From Chiloscyllium plagiosum (taxonomy: Eukaryota): DNA of 64,000 nucleotides. Within the stretch, counting starts at the first letter, position 1. Each line of letters starts with the position of its first letter. Positions 12,041 through 26,349 of the stretch are shown piece by piece. The stretch lies in NCBI RefSeq assembly GCF_004010195.1, contig NC_057735.1, forward strand, positions 18,134,056 through 18,198,055, written 5' to 3'. The position numbers and the translations under genes were made by a program. The notes under the pieces are model-generated. The model had not been told where the DNA came from and searched no databases. It saw only the letters and a list, made by a program, of their open reading frames with translations.

Positions 12041-13561
12041 TTGAAAAATATAAGTTACAAATGACCTTGTATTCAGCGAGTGAGTAAAGATGGACAGAGT
12101 AAAATTCATGTTTTTCTCCCCCCAACAGCATATACATCATACTCAATTACTTGTAGCAGCAGTGAACTGTAAACACCTTATGCTGATAATGCTCATACTC
12201 TTAACACTATTTGAGGTCTACTTTCGGCAAAATGCCACTGCAATTTAAAGCACAATTGAAGTCACCTATCCCACTTGCACGAAGTCACATTGCATAAATA
12301 ACTTGTATCACTAGATACATAACATAAAAAAATACAAATTGTACAATATGTACATATGTACTGAACAATAAGCTCGATAACTAACTGACAGATGTGAGAT
12401 CCTGAGAGTACCAATCGTAGTATACTTTTCCTGAATATAAATATGACCTTTAGAAAATCAATGGTTAAGTTACAATCATTTTAATGCACAAAAAATGGGT
12501 CAGGAATTTATGGCTTCAAAAGGTAAATGCAGTGCCCAGTTTCAAAAGTACATCAACGAAGTGCAAATAACCCAGATATACATCTTTCATTGATCTTTAG
12601 AATTATATAAATTTAAAGATGAAGTACTATTGACACTTTATGTATTAATGTCTCAATCCTGTACTTTTTTTTAAACTTCAAACATCAGCATCATAGGACT
12701 AGAGAAAATTGGAAGCAAATTAATCAAACCTTGTGAGTCACCCTAGACTAATAATGTTACCTTACATTCACGAAAGTCAAACAGCAGCATACACTACTAT
12801 TTTTACCAAATAAGTAGTTCTGAAAGACTATGCCTGAATTTGCACCTCATTCACAGAGGTTACAGAATTGCCAATGAGCAATTTTAAATGCCCCCAAAAT
12901 GATGCCACGGTGCTGTGTGCATGCTAAATAGTGGTGTTGACTATGCATATGAAAATAATCTGGATTTTGTAGTTAGATGCTCTTGGGTCTGTAGAACAAT
13001 CAGGCTGAACTAGAAAATAAGATTGTTTCAGCTCTTGATTTCTAGACATTGCAGGTACCTAGAAAAACAATGAATTTTATGATTTGTATTCTATTAAGAG
13101 CACCTGACAAGGGTAGCTGATTATACCATCTGAACTTAGGTAAATGGATCAGAGCCATGTAAGACATTAGTTTATCAACCCCATATTACTGCCAAGGATA
13201 TTTATGGTTCTATTTTCAAATATCTAATCAGAACAGCATTTTTGAAATGTATGAATGGAACTCAGATTAAAACTCAATTTACAAATATCCAAATAGTCAC
13301 ATGGTATACAGAAATGCTAGTTACCAATCGGAGACATGCTGTTGAAGCTTTGTATCTTTGATTCATCAAGGCAGATACAAGAATACCAGATTTCAAAAGG
13401 AATAATAATTTCTACAAATGAGACTGGGAATCTACTTGGCTGCAAAGTGGATTCTAAGGCCAAGGTAAACTTCATGGAAATTGGTCCTAGAAGTCATGCC
13501 AAAGATTTTATTTAAATTCAAAAATGGTGAGTTGACTCTCAAGCCTCCAGTATGTCTCACT

Positions 13562-13838
13562 GAGTGGCATGGTGGCTCAGTGGTTAGCACTGCTGCCTCA
13601 CAGTGCCAAGGAATCTGGGTTCATTTTCACCCTCAGGTGACTTGTGGCATTTGCACATTCATCCCATGTCTACGTCAGTTTCCTCCCACAGTTTGAAGAT
13701 GTGCAGGCTAGGTGGATTAGTCATGGGAAGTGCAAGGTTATAGCGCAAGGGGATAGGGTCTGGGTGGGATGCTCTTCACAGGGGTGGGTGGACTCAAACG
13801 GACTAAATGGCCTGCTTCCACACTGTAGGGATGTTATG
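13562..13838 (+). mobile_element. Diverged HE1/V-SINE-type tRNA-derived SINE
   Basis: GGCATGGTGGCTCAGTGGTTAGCACTGCTGCCTCACAG head, TTCCTCCCACAG core and a CR1-like 3' tail. Confidence 0.85.
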
Positions 13839-15614
13839 AACTATTTCCTGGTGCATTTTCCATGGCACAGTCTCAATCAGAATTTGCTTACCAGTAACTA
13901 GCACCCTGGTCTCTCATGCACTATAAGTTTCTGTTCCTTCTGAAATTTGGTATTCCTGTCTATCCTGATTTGTGGAAAATGAAAAGCTTTGGTAGCAAGT
14001 TTCATTTTTTTTTAAGCAATACTCTACTTGTAAATCACAAATGAATTGGAATTTATACAGAGTGACATTTATGATCAGTTTTATTAGATTAAACAGACAT
14101 TCTTTTAAGAACCAAACTGTACACGCTGTTATGTTAAAAATTGTTGGACTTCAACTTTTGACCCAATTACAGAAGCTGTAGACAGTAATATTTTGCTACA
14201 CCTGAATTCTACTGACATATAGACCCATACGCACATTGGATCTTTGTTCTGATTAAAATTATTTTTCTAATGTTATTTGATATTCATCAAATAGTAAATT
14301 GCCAGTGAGCAGGTATACTGAACTATACTTCTGTACAGCTAAAGGTGTCAAATTATATATAAACTTAAATAGAACTAAGTACAAGTTGGTATAAATAGTT
14401 TAGTTAACTTTTGACTACTGGCTATAAACAGAATAAAAGATACAAGTCGGTTAACTGGTATGAACTAACTGCAACAAGGTAGCTGTAACTTTATAAATCC
14501 AGTATAACAAATCAATAGAACTGCATTTTATTTTGTCATTAACTAAATTTATCTTTCCCTAAAAGTATTTCCGTTTATATAGTACCTGTACCTTTCATCT
14601 AGAAGTATTGAAGCACTTCACGATGATGTATGGGGAAAAAAAGATTTAGTCTAAAAAGGATAAGGATGTGACAAGAAGTTTGATCCAAAATATAATGCTG
14701 ATGGGATTAGTGATTTAAGAAGAAAATTCCAGAGTGCATCAACCAGGCTTTGAACACCAAGTCTTTAGTTTAAAAAAACTACAATGGTAATTGATAATAT
14801 TTCATGGAATTTTCTATATTTTGCTAAGAAAGTAACATTTATCTATTTGGTTGCTATATTGTTCAAACATTGGAACCTGTAGCACCTGAATTCATGACAT
14901 CCTAACTTCTCTCTCCATGGGAAAAATTAAACAGAAAATCGGTTTCCAAATAACTGTCCGGTTTAGGCATATTAATTTTGCAGTCATCTGGACCCAAATA
15001 TACTGGAAGCAGCAATTAATTACCTTAAATGACAAATCTACTCTGAAAAATCATATCAAACTTGAAACATTAACTTTATTTCTCTCCACAGATGCTGCCA
15101 AACCAGCTCAGTTTATCCAGCACTTCCTTTTCTTTTAGATTTCCAGCATTCACAGGATTTTTGCTTTTAACAGAAATTTGATTCTTAACTATTCCAAAAC
15201 TTGTGTTAAGCATCTTGTTAAAGCTGCAGTAAAATTTAAATGTCCAAAAGTACCAGGCACCAAGGATTATGTTAAAGGCATAGAATTACATTGTCAATAT
15301 AAATAGAAGCTTCTATATAAAAAAAAAGATATATAATGGGATCAATAGCTGACAGATGTTACCAACCTACATGCTCCACATTTAACTATACAAGTAGCGT
15401 GTACTTACTCTTAAAATGCTCAAGGCTTGTTGGGAATGTATGTAAAAAAAAGTGTGCAAAAACAGGTAATAAAATGTACGTTCTAATACATTGTCAACTC
15501 ACTAATGTCTACAGATTCAAATTAACTTAAACCTGTTTTGTATGTTTTCATTTCTTTCAATAAACGAAGTAAATAAAATTTTACAAAATGATAAATATGA
15601 AAATATTTGTGGAT

Positions 15615-16375
15615 ATGGTGCCAATCAAGTGGGTTACTTTGTGCTGGGTAGTGTCAAGCTTTGAGTGTTGTCGGAGTTGCACTCATGCTGGCAAACAGGG
15701 AGTTTTTCATTACACTCCTCACTTATGTCTTGCTGATGATGGAAAAGTTTTGAGAGTCAGGTGGCAAGTTATTTGCTGCAAAATTCCAAGCTTGATGTGC
15801 TCTTGTAACTATAGCATGTACATAGCTAGTCCAGTTCAGTTTTTTGTCAATGGTATTGACAGTGGGAGGAGGATCAGCAGTAGATATGCCGTTGTAAGTC
15901 AAGAAGTGATTGGAAATGGTTTTGCTGGAAATAGCATCACTTGGACAGGGCCTGGCGCTTTGTGACATTTTATCATTTGCCACTTGCTTTCACAAGCCTG
16001 GATATCATCTATGGGCATGTGTCTTGCTGCAGCATAAGGAATCACAAATGGTGCTGGATATTGTGCAATCAAACATTCCAACCTCTAACTCTATGATGAA
16101 AAGTCATCATTGCTGAAACAGCTGAAAATGGTTGGACATTGGACATATTTTAAAGGAACTCACACAGGGACGACTAGCTGCTTTATAGCACTGATGATCC
16201 CCACCAAACTACTTAACTAATAATTGAGGTAAACTGGTGGGGCAGTAATTAGCCAGGTTGGATTTGCTCTGTGTCTACAAGACATACTTGGGCAAATTGT
16301 CACATAGCTGTACTGAAACAAGGTGACAAAAGGTGTAGCTGATTTGGAGCAGGAGCCTTCAGCACTGCTGGAATT
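15615..16375 (-). mobile_element. Old LINE RT C-terminal fragment (CR1/L2 group)
   Basis: Remnant peptides KWQMIKCHKA and NTIDKKLNWTSYVHAIVTRAHQ resemble the LGV.ID.KL.W..HI motif of CR1/L2-clade ORF2. Confidence 0.6.
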
Positions 16376-19300
16376 TATTTCAATATTACCTATTCAAGTT
16401 TACTTTAAAATATGATTGCACAGCCAAATAAACATAATACTAGTTACTCCAACACAAATTCTTTTACCCCTAGAAACCAGTTCTTCAACTCTCCCTTCCC
16501 CTGCTGTGTAAAATTTACATTTTGATTATGCTCACATTGCATCCAATCATTCCTCACTTAGGCGAGTCATGGATTTTATATTTTTGTATTGTTATCCTTA
16601 CAAAATTTACATAATATTTACATGCATACACTGTGCTAATTGCTAGAATTAATTCAGCGTTCATACATGGACCCTGTAAGGTGAATAATGTTATAGGAAT
16701 TGTGAGGGCTAAATTGCATTGGTGAAAACAGATTAAACATAATTATATGGCAACAACATATTGACTAATGAAGAAAAACAAAGTTTTTGTTTTAAAGTAT
16801 ACTTTTCCACATATGATAGATCTCCTACAAGCAATTAAAATCAGTTTAGTCGTTAGTTATTTTACCATGCATACATAACTCAAATTATGCTAATGTAAAA
16901 AAAACCTCACCTTTACTATTCAGATGCAATATTATAAATGAATAAGCAATGGATGTTCAATTCTTTTAGAAAAAAATAACCACTTTCCGATCTTCAAAGC
17001 ATGGAATTCACAATCACAAATACCAGCTCACATTTAGGCTCTTTGGCTGAAATCAATGCATGACTATTGTAGATGACGACCTCACGCTACAATATCTAGT
17101 TCATGTTAAGTTTGCGCTATTCGAAGCGATATGATTTGTGCACACTTGTGAATAGAAAAGATCATGACTAACATCCCTGTTACAAATGTAAATAAAACCC
17201 AAATAAAACAATGCTACCATTTTGGTCATCTTCCAATTACAGACCACTAAAAACATAGGCATTTCTTACCTCTTCCAAGCTCATTCCGGATAACTCACTA
17301 CAATTTTGAATCTTTAATGATAAAGACATTCTGCTCCAATTTAGTTGCAGTTGAGCATTTTGGACATCGTGTAGTTATTAACACTGAATGAGGTCAAGCT
17401 AATTATTTTTAAAAATTGATCTATACAAAGCTGTGCTACAAAATTAATTAAATAAAATGTAATCTTTTATGTTTAACAAGATTTAATCAAATTAAACAAA
17501 AAAATGCGCACATTACAAACTCATTAACTCGAAGTAGCTTCCTGGAAATTGTTGTTTAAGGAAATTATTCCAAATTTTCTTTTTGAAAATTTCTGTAAAA
17601 ATCACTAACACCCACTTCCCCACTAAAATCTGACTTTGCATTAAGTTTATAAAGTCATGGCGCACAAAATTATTGGTGTTATTCTACATCTTCAATTTCA
17701 GGCTGCCTCCGAGGCCTTTAGCTGTACATTTAGGTGAGGAGCAGAAATACTAATAATTCAGTTTTTCTCCATCTTCAACTTTTTCATCTGCCTAAACTGC
17801 TTTGATTTCACATACGAGAAGTTCTCATCATGCAAAAGGATTCCGCTATTGTGATTATTTACACTGTACCAATGAGGATTATAACATTGTGAAGGTTTAA
17901 TAAGGTGAACATAAAGTAGTTGGTAGTATAGAAACTGACTATTGCTGAAAAAAAGTGACATCGTGTTGAAGCTTCTCATCATGTAATCATCAGGACAGAT
18001 GCAAACATGCCAAAACACTTCTCCAATTAAGCCAAAACACATGGGACAATAGCACCCTGTACAACCTCCAAAGCAAAATCTCAACCATCAAGATTGACTT
18101 TCAAAGCCATCAGCAGCCTTTCATGCCATAAAAAATATTGCTTCCTTTGAAATTTCACACTCTTGCGCCAGTCATGATGAACACAAAAAAAGTGACAAAA
18201 GCTGGACTCTTAATTTCAGCAATATCAAACATGAATTGTGGTTCTTTTGGTTTGAGTCACTGATGATAGTTCATCAATTAAAGCCATCACTAAGGAAGGA
18301 AGGAAATATTTGCCGTTAATTCTTTACTTGGTTGATGGAGCATAGAAAATTTTTAACAATGGAAAATTGAGGACAGAAAAAAAGAAAATGTGAAAGCAAG
18401 GCAGTGTCTTTTAGAGTTATAAAATTGGATGACACTGTACGAAGTAGTTCAAGGAACATGCTTTTAGCCAATAAAAATGTTACTGCAAAAGGTGAATTGG
18501 CATGGAATTGTAACCTGGTTTTTCAAGTTCAGTCCACATTGATGAGATGAGTGTCTCTTCAATTTCAAGGGCAACTAGGGACAGGCAGTGAATCTGGCTA
18601 GACAGCAAAGCCCACCAGTGAATAAAATAAAAAAATCTGCCCGACAAGTGAAATAGCTTTTGATCAACGCAGACCAGTTTGTTTTTGATAATTACCTGCT
18701 GTGAGAATACTGATACTAACTTGGTGATTTGTGGGGAAAAAAACCCACTCTTCTTGAGATGCAGCCCAATCTATGGCATTGATTTTGGTAATAAGGCACA
18801 CTTTGTGTCAGTGTAAGAGGGAGCATGATTCTTTCATAAGAATTATTATTTCATTTTGGAGTTAATGAATGAGAATAGCCATATTTGGCACTTTGGTGCA
18901 TTTACATTGCAATTTTTGTAATATGATTTTGACATTTTACTTAGAATCGTAGCATTTTACAGAAAACCACTCGACCCATTGTATCTGTACTAGTTCCTCA
19001 CAAAGAGCTATTTAATTACCATTCAAAGCTATTAATAACAGATGTAGTTATTTTCTTCTCTACAGAATAAAATGGATAAAATACCTTTCAGATCGTATAA
19101 TAATAATAACACGATAATAGCTAATGGAAGTTCTCTGTATAATAGTCGATAGGACAGTTGGGTATAAATTAACATTTTGATACCCAACCAATCACAATTT
19201 GTTCATTTTCTCGACTCAAATTACCAAGTTAAATGAGCATCAGAAATAAAAATGATGTCAAATTTAACAGATTAAGGCAGAATTGTAGCATCAAAAAGTA

Positions 19301-20985
19301 GTGCAGATGAAATGTCATCAACCTGAAACATCTCTCTTCAGATATTGCCAGACCTTCTTAGCATTTCCAGCATTTGGTGATTTTGTTTCAATGTTTAAAA
19401 TCACCATATCAAATGAAGTTCTACCATGATAAGTCACTTAAAAAGTCTCTAAAACCCACAAATATTATTTGATCTACAAGCATTCAAATGGAGTAACACA
19501 TATGTTTCTTTCTGGCGAATACATATCAAGTAATGATAAAAGGATTTAGTTGTTTCAAATTTTAAAAAGTTAGCTTTACATAACTATTACTTTCTAAAGC
19601 ATTTCTTTGTCAATGTTTAGGGATAACCAATACAATATAATTACCTTGATTTATCCACAATGACAATGACGCAAGCAATTTTTCTTCACTAAGGCAGAGA
19701 CAAAAGTCAGTTGTTCACAGGATGCAGGCAGGATCTTACATTTGCGAATGCATCAGCTTACACATAAAAAGATTGGCTCAAGTGCAAATCAGATGTCAAC
19801 TTTTTTTTAAAAACCGCAGCTTGTCAAGGAATTGTATGCTGAGGCACCATTGGGTATTTGTACTAGATTCTTTCAGTAATAACGCTAAGGCTTTGGACTG
19901 GGACATCCATAGCCCTGCTTTTTGACATGCCTTCAGTTTAGCCTTTTTTCAATTGGCCATTCACAAACATCACACTGAAAAATTCATTTTTTCTTCCCCT
20001 TGGAGTTTCAGCTACTTTAACTACTTGCAGGTTAATTCAATTTTTGTTTAAGTATATATATTAACAGTAGATAGTCTTTCTGCTTGTGCATTCATATTTG
20101 TAGGTCAAATATAGCAGGTTGACAGTGTAATATCTATCGACTTTACAATACAATCATGTGTTGAACATATCATTAGCTCACAGTTGCGTTATACTGGAGC
20201 AGAGGGGATAATTACAAGTCCTATGATACAACATCCTATTTCACATATGAAGTGTGCAGATTTCAGTTCAGAGGAATCTCAACCTGTTCATAGAAACTCC
20301 TTTTTTTTTCTTGGAGTGCAAGTAATTAGGATATGCGTGAGAAAATGTTAACTCAAAAGAGCAACTAATTAAAAATATGAAAAGTACTCCCCTGAATATG
20401 TCGATACATGCCAGGTCTAATGTAGTTATTTAAGTATGTACCTGTGACTTCCATGAGCTGATCACAAAATGGTTGCCAAACAAAAAAATACTTTGAAACA
20501 ATAGAACTACAGTTCATTAAACCTCGAGTCTTCTGAAATGACTAGTCACAAAAATAAAAAGATTTATAGCTTATTTTTTGACTTAGCTTGCATTAAACAA
20601 TTTTGCAAATATGACACTTGCAGATGTGTTTAACTCTGCGGAAGTAAAAGCAACCCAAATTTAAGACAAAGAAATTTATCCATGTCTGTAATTTTCAGGC
20701 ACCTAATACTCTATAGGATTAACTAATTTCAATAGCTATGAAATCAAAACATTTATCTTTGAATGAAATAAGATAATTAAAAAGTCAAATGCAATTCCTG
20801 CTATGTAAACAGAAAAATTAAGAATGAGGTCCAGCCTTTGCAAACAACCAACAATTTGATCAGCTCATGGTTTAATCATCCCAGGGTTTAAAAAAAAACA
20901 CTCCTTAAAATTCAATTTAATTCCTAGGGATTAAATTATCCCAGTACATTTTAGGAATATGAGGTAGGTAACAGTATTTTGATTG

Positions 20986-21689
20986 TCATATCTCCCCAAA
21001 GTTGGTGTGCCCAGTCTCTTTGGCATGGTCTCGAGCCTCTACCTGACCCACCAGTCCCTTTTGGCAGACAACACATCGCAAAGTGAATCTATTAAGGTCA
21101 GTAAATTGTCGTTTCCTTCTCGCTTCATCTGCCAACTCCAGGGCTTGGGCCAGCACAACATCATCTGCTGTGGAGAAGATGGTTTGTGGGGGTGTTTCAG
21201 GATCTTCAAATTGTCGTTCTAATGGGTCATAATGGATTCCATCATAAATCAGGAGGACACGTTTTCTGTAACCTACGTCCTCTCCAAACCGGTCTATTCG
21301 CACAGTTTGTGTGTCCACAACACATATTTCACATTGGTAAAACTTGGATAAGAGAGAGATTTCAATGGCTCCTCCCCAAGTGTCTTCTTGTCGAATCCAG
21401 TTGCAGTAATCCCCATTAGATTTTCCTAGTACAGCTTCAGTGTAGGAATCAGGGTCACTTGCCACAATCTGTGCTATCAAATTTCGCATTTCTGGAGCAC
21501 AGGATGGCTCACAAACACCTCCTTCTACCACATAGTGGATGCTTGTGAAGAGACATGAATTATCTGCAGGGACAACATGCCGTATCAGATGTGGGAAAGT
21601 ATCTTTATCTGAACTTTTAGCACTAAAGTTCGACACTGAGACTTTGATCTTCAAAGTATCCCTTTCTTCTTCCACAATCAAAGTATCTC
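20986..21689 (-). CDS. YOD1: YOD1 (OTU1/OTUD2) deubiquitinase, last coding exon (OTU domain plus C2H2 zinc finger)
   Basis: Acceptor cttttctgcAG|GA at 21690/21689. Encodes VPADNSCLF (catalytic Asp/Cys), [17 protein letters not shown] (His) and C-terminal CVVC...HAKETGH; stop TGA at 20986-20988. Phase matches the upstream exon. Confidence 0.97.
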
Positions 21690-24424
21690 CTGCAGAAAAG
21701 TATAATGATACATTTAACGCAATCTTATTTTAGTGATGCCATAATAACCAGCTTAATACTAATAATTTACAGAAATTGAAAATGTTTAAAGTAAGTTTTG
21801 AAATAAATTTTTGTCACTCATTATTGGACAATGAATGTGCATTATAAAAGGTTTTATGCATAACCAAAAGTTGCCGGAAAGTGTTTTACAACTAAGAAAT
21901 ATTGTCTTTTGAAAAATAATCACTGCTATTATGCTGAAAATTAGGATATTTAGCTTGGTTCACACAGCCCATTTTATCTTACAGTTTCATATACAGTTGA
22001 TATTTACACACATTACTTGTTATCGTGCTTCAAAGTTCACATTCCCCAATAAACATTTGGATTACATTTAAATCTAGCGTGAAAGAACAAAGCTATTTCT
22101 AGTGTGCAGAAAAGGTTTTCAGGGGCCTGCATGTTCATTTGATTGTAGTTCTTTTGCAAAGGTTTTATAGTCTGAACAATGAACCTTCACTAATAAATCT
22201 TTGCAGGCTTAGAGAGATATGTCACTAGTTGTATATTGTGTAATCACACTGCATCACAAACTGGCTATCTAGCCACTGAGTTAACCCAAACAATCTCCCT
22301 TTAATGGGAGAGCAGCCGTATGGTTTGGTAGGATTATAGTGACTTTATTATACAATGCCTCTAGCTCTCCAGATAAACATTGCATTGAGTCTTAATGCAA
22401 GCATTGTAATATATTAAACATGTTCATCATGTCTTCTTTACTCTTCTCACTTTTATCTCGTACAGGATATTGTTTTACATGAAATCTTTCACAATTGATC
22501 ACACTCTCTATTACACTAATCACATTCTACATCATGACATTTTTCCCCATCAACTTCAACTAGTCTCCACACAAAGAAACAATTACTAAAAGAGATGAAT
22601 GGTATTAAACAACTCACGTATACTTATGTACACCATGACTCTAGTTGACTGACCCCCAACCAGCAGAGTTTGCCTGTTTCCTAGATTTCCTTCTATGTCT
22701 GCATTCAGCCTACATCCTAAACATGGTTGCCAAACACAAAGTCATGCCTTAACCCAAGTAAATAATTAAGTATGAATTTAAACCAGTTGTCTAACAGCAG
22801 TTACCCAAGTTATTATTTACACAAGCTTGTGCTGCTACATTTTGGAAAATTTAGAATTATTCAATTTGTGCAGTTTTCTTTTTTATTTGCACATGGATGG
22901 ACTTGAGGTTGAGTTTCTTTAGTTGCTGGTTTATTTTAATTTTGCTAGTGCAAAATAATGTTTGGCCTGATCCACCTTGAATGAATCAATTATAAAAAAT
23001 GAAAACATTCAATCAAGTAAAGGTTAGTTATGCAACCCTTGTGGAGTCAACTTTTTCAAATTACTAATAATGATTTCCTCCAAAAGAACCAGTTCAAAAA
23101 AAATGTACGCCTCAGAGTGGTACTGTTGTGTACAAACCAAAGTTTCAAGGTAGATCCCTGACCTAGGCTGAGACTGTCCGTCTCTTCTGGGATTGCTACA
23201 ATTGTGACTACATCTCAGCTTAGCAACACAAGGTAGAGAAGGGACAAATAGGTATTCTTGTGACACAACAGTAGTGTCACCACCTCTGGACCAGAAGGCC
23301 TAGGTTCAAATCCCATCTGCTCCAGAGATGTGTAAAAATATTCTGAACACGTTGATTAGAAAATAAAGAGAGAAGGAACAAGTGATCCTTGATCTTCACC
23401 ACAGATTTGCAAATGGAAACGGGTGTCTATCAATATGAAGAAGGACATTTATTATGCCCTTCAGTTTTCACTTCTTGAATTCACAGACAATGTAATCATA
23501 TCACTTGGGAATGAATCAGCTAGTAGGAGCACTTACAAAACTATACCATAGCTTGTTTCAGTGTCATTAGAAAAGGAATATGGGGGATGGGTGAGCTGAA
23601 AGTCAGAGTAGACAGTCTAGATTTCACCACTCCACATATTTCTAGAATTTGAGATTGTAGATAAATAAGCATTGCATTTTTGTTGAGGGTAATCATCAAT
23701 AGCGATAACAATCAGACAACAGAAATTAAAATTACTTACTTAATGGACAATTGAATGAAATTTATCCTTTCATTGTGAAATATCATAACAGTAAGAAACA
23801 GATACAAAAAAATATCCAAAATTCTGGAAAATATAATTTTAAGTTATTTTTTGGATCAGTAACTAGCAAACAAAGTCTTTCTGGAGATTGCAAGTTGTGT
23901 TCTGTACCTGTAAAGAAAAAAATTGCACTATGATTGAAAATTTCTCAGAAGAACATTAACCTGCTTGGGTTGTTACTCACTAGAATTTGGTGCAATAGTA
24001 AGACATTGGTATAACAAAACAGTTTTGCTTTGTCTCCACGGGCATTATATGAGATTTCCCAAATTGGTGGATCATTGGACAGGAAATAATTCCAAATAAT
24101 GGCTGTAAATATCAAAATGCAAAAGCAATTTGACAATATCGCAAGATCTTGGTATTATTTACATTTCGGATAATTTTCAGGATGATTCTTTGTAGAGTCT
24201 TGTAAGTTCCAGGCAATGGAAAATGAAATTGTAACCTAAGGATAGCAAGCATCCCCAGTTGAGCCATGATTTATAACCGTGATATTAACTTTTTCCAGTG
24301 ATTATATTTTAATGAAATAGTTTGTCTTCTGATTTTTCTGCAGGATGGTCTGACCAAAACAGGCAAAAATCTTTGGGTGTCAGGGCAAGCCAGCTACAGA
24401 GCAGAAAAAAAATGACTATCAATA

Positions 24425-24596
24425 CAGGCAGTTCCTGGGTCGTGAGTCGATTTATACACAAATCAGAACACAATACAGGATGATATAAAATAACCATTTG
24501 GAAGTACAGGAAATATTTGCATGTCAGGTCTTTAAAATTTCATCCCTATTTGGGATGGTGGTCATAAGTCAGATGTTCAAAAAGTGAGGACCCCTG
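24425..24596. mobile_element. Tigger/pogo-like (Tc1-mariner superfamily) MITE in the YOD1 intron
   Basis: TA|CAGGCAGTTCCT ... GAGGACCCCTG|TA: imperfect CAGG terminal inverted repeats with a TA target duplication. Confidence 0.6.
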
Positions 24597-25180
24597 TAAT
24601 GATCAAATTATGCTTACATACACTTTGTATGAACAATACAGCTTTACAAAAAAAAAAGCCAGATCAACATTTGGTTATCCAATTAATATCTTTCTTATCA
24701 AATAAAAATTTGGATCATCATGGCATACATCTCATTTTCAAGGAGTTGTGAACCTTCATATTGTATTTGCTGCAGCTGATGCGATTGCATAAGGCATTAT
24801 ATAAGGAATAGTATGAAGCTGTTGGACTGTTCAATCTGCACACATTTAAACCAGTTCACTGCCATGTAATCACAATACAGCAAAACTGTTAAGAAAAAGC
24901 CAAAGGGAGAAAAGATTGTGCATTTCCTTCCAAATTGAACATGCCAATTTTACCTGCATTTTGAGAACTGAATTAGAACAATTCTTAGTTGAAGTCAATA
25001 CTTTATGAAATATCTCCCTGATCCTTAATAGTATAGTGCAAATTCAGCTAATCAATATTAAAGCAGTCAAACCTGGTCTCACAGTTGTTCAATGTCCCAA
25101 ACAAAGAGACGCAAAAGTGAAAGCAAAGGAATTTAGAATCTAATTTCATAAACATTAGAAGTGCGTTTATATTTTGAACT

Positions 25181-25270
25181 GTTAAAAATCACAACACCAG
25201 GTTACAGTCCAACAGGTTTATTTGGAAGGACTAGCTTTCAGATCAGTTACCTGAAGGAGTAGCACTATAG
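25181..25270. mobile_element. PLE pLTR fragment (same family as 37930-38058 and 55135-55290)
   Basis: GTTAAAAATCACAACACCAGGTTACAGTCCAACAGGTTTATTTGGAAG..CTAGCTTTC is shared with those copies. Confidence 0.7.
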
Positions 25271-25353
25271 GGGCGTAAGAATTCAGGTTAACGACTTTAA
25301 CCAATCCTGATTTTTCAATCTACCTCTCTATACTTTATCTTCAACAGACTTAC

Positions 25354-25561
25354 CAGATTTGATAGGACAATCTTTGAGAGGCAGTTCTCCATTCCGAAGA
25401 TCTAGACTGGATGGAGGAAATCCCACCATGATTTTTTGCAGTGCACTTGGAATTCCAGTTAGCTCTTCCACTTTATCTTTTAACTCTTGGACATTAGATA
25501 CTGAAGTCAGTCCTTGCATCAAATGAGTTCCATTCTTTGCTTTACATCGTAAACGTAGCAT
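25354..25561 (-). CDS. YOD1: YOD1 first coding exon (UBX-like domain)
   Basis: MLRLRCKAKNGTHLMQGL...LTGIPSALQKIMVGFPP...PIKSG with donor G|GTAAGT at 25354/25353. 208 nt + 704 nt = 912 nt = 303 aa plus stop, reading ...[12 protein letters not shown]... across the junction. Confidence 0.96.
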
Positions 25562-26349
25562 GATACTCTAGAATTGGCAAGGTGAATAGATGACAATTGC
25601 AATGAGATATCCATCTTATATCATGCTTCACCTATATGCTCCAGAAGATCTGATCTTTCATTTCATCACCTGCACATTTATACCATACGAATTAGGTATG
25701 GTATAAATTAATTTTCTTGTAGTTATTAAAATATATCACTTAAGTAATCTGCGTAGTTCTCAAAGGGAACAATCCACTCACCAGAATTTTTGAAATAGAT
25801 GTAGACAATCAAACTTTGCATCTCTTTTTCAAATGAACAAAAGCTCAAATCACTGGAGTAAATGTACATTTATGTTCAACATACAAGTGAACACTTCTTT
25901 TGCCTTCAGCAACTATTTTTGACAGCCCACAATAAAGTTCAGAGAGGACAATGAGCAAGCGGTCAAGTATTGCTGGTTACTTTAGCTTGGTTTTACCCTT
26001 GGCTTCTCCGATTAGTCATATGCATGTTGTTTCTTGGTCAGGTTAATCGAAAAGCAGACTGTTAATTCTCACAGATATGCTGACAACTCTCACATTCTAC
26101 GTCAATATCACCTCAATAACTAAGTTATAAGGCCTCTTAACAAATACCTGTTCTAAATAAGCAGAAATATCCTTCAATTAAGTATTCATAAGATTGATGT
26201 CATGTAAGAGAGGACTGAAAACTCTCTCTGTTTTAGCTACCGACTCCCAGACTCTCCTAAAGCAATTATACAATCAGACCATGGCAACCTTGGTGTCATA
26301 TTGGATGGATGAGGTTCTGGCTATAGACATGTATTACCATCAAGACAGC

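Noticed and set aside
13562-13640. tRNA-like sequences at SINE heads (also 39200-39273, 48380-48449, 51207-51270, 54350-54420)
   Set aside because: These are tRNA-derived SINE 5' regions followed by SINE core and tail, not tRNA genes.
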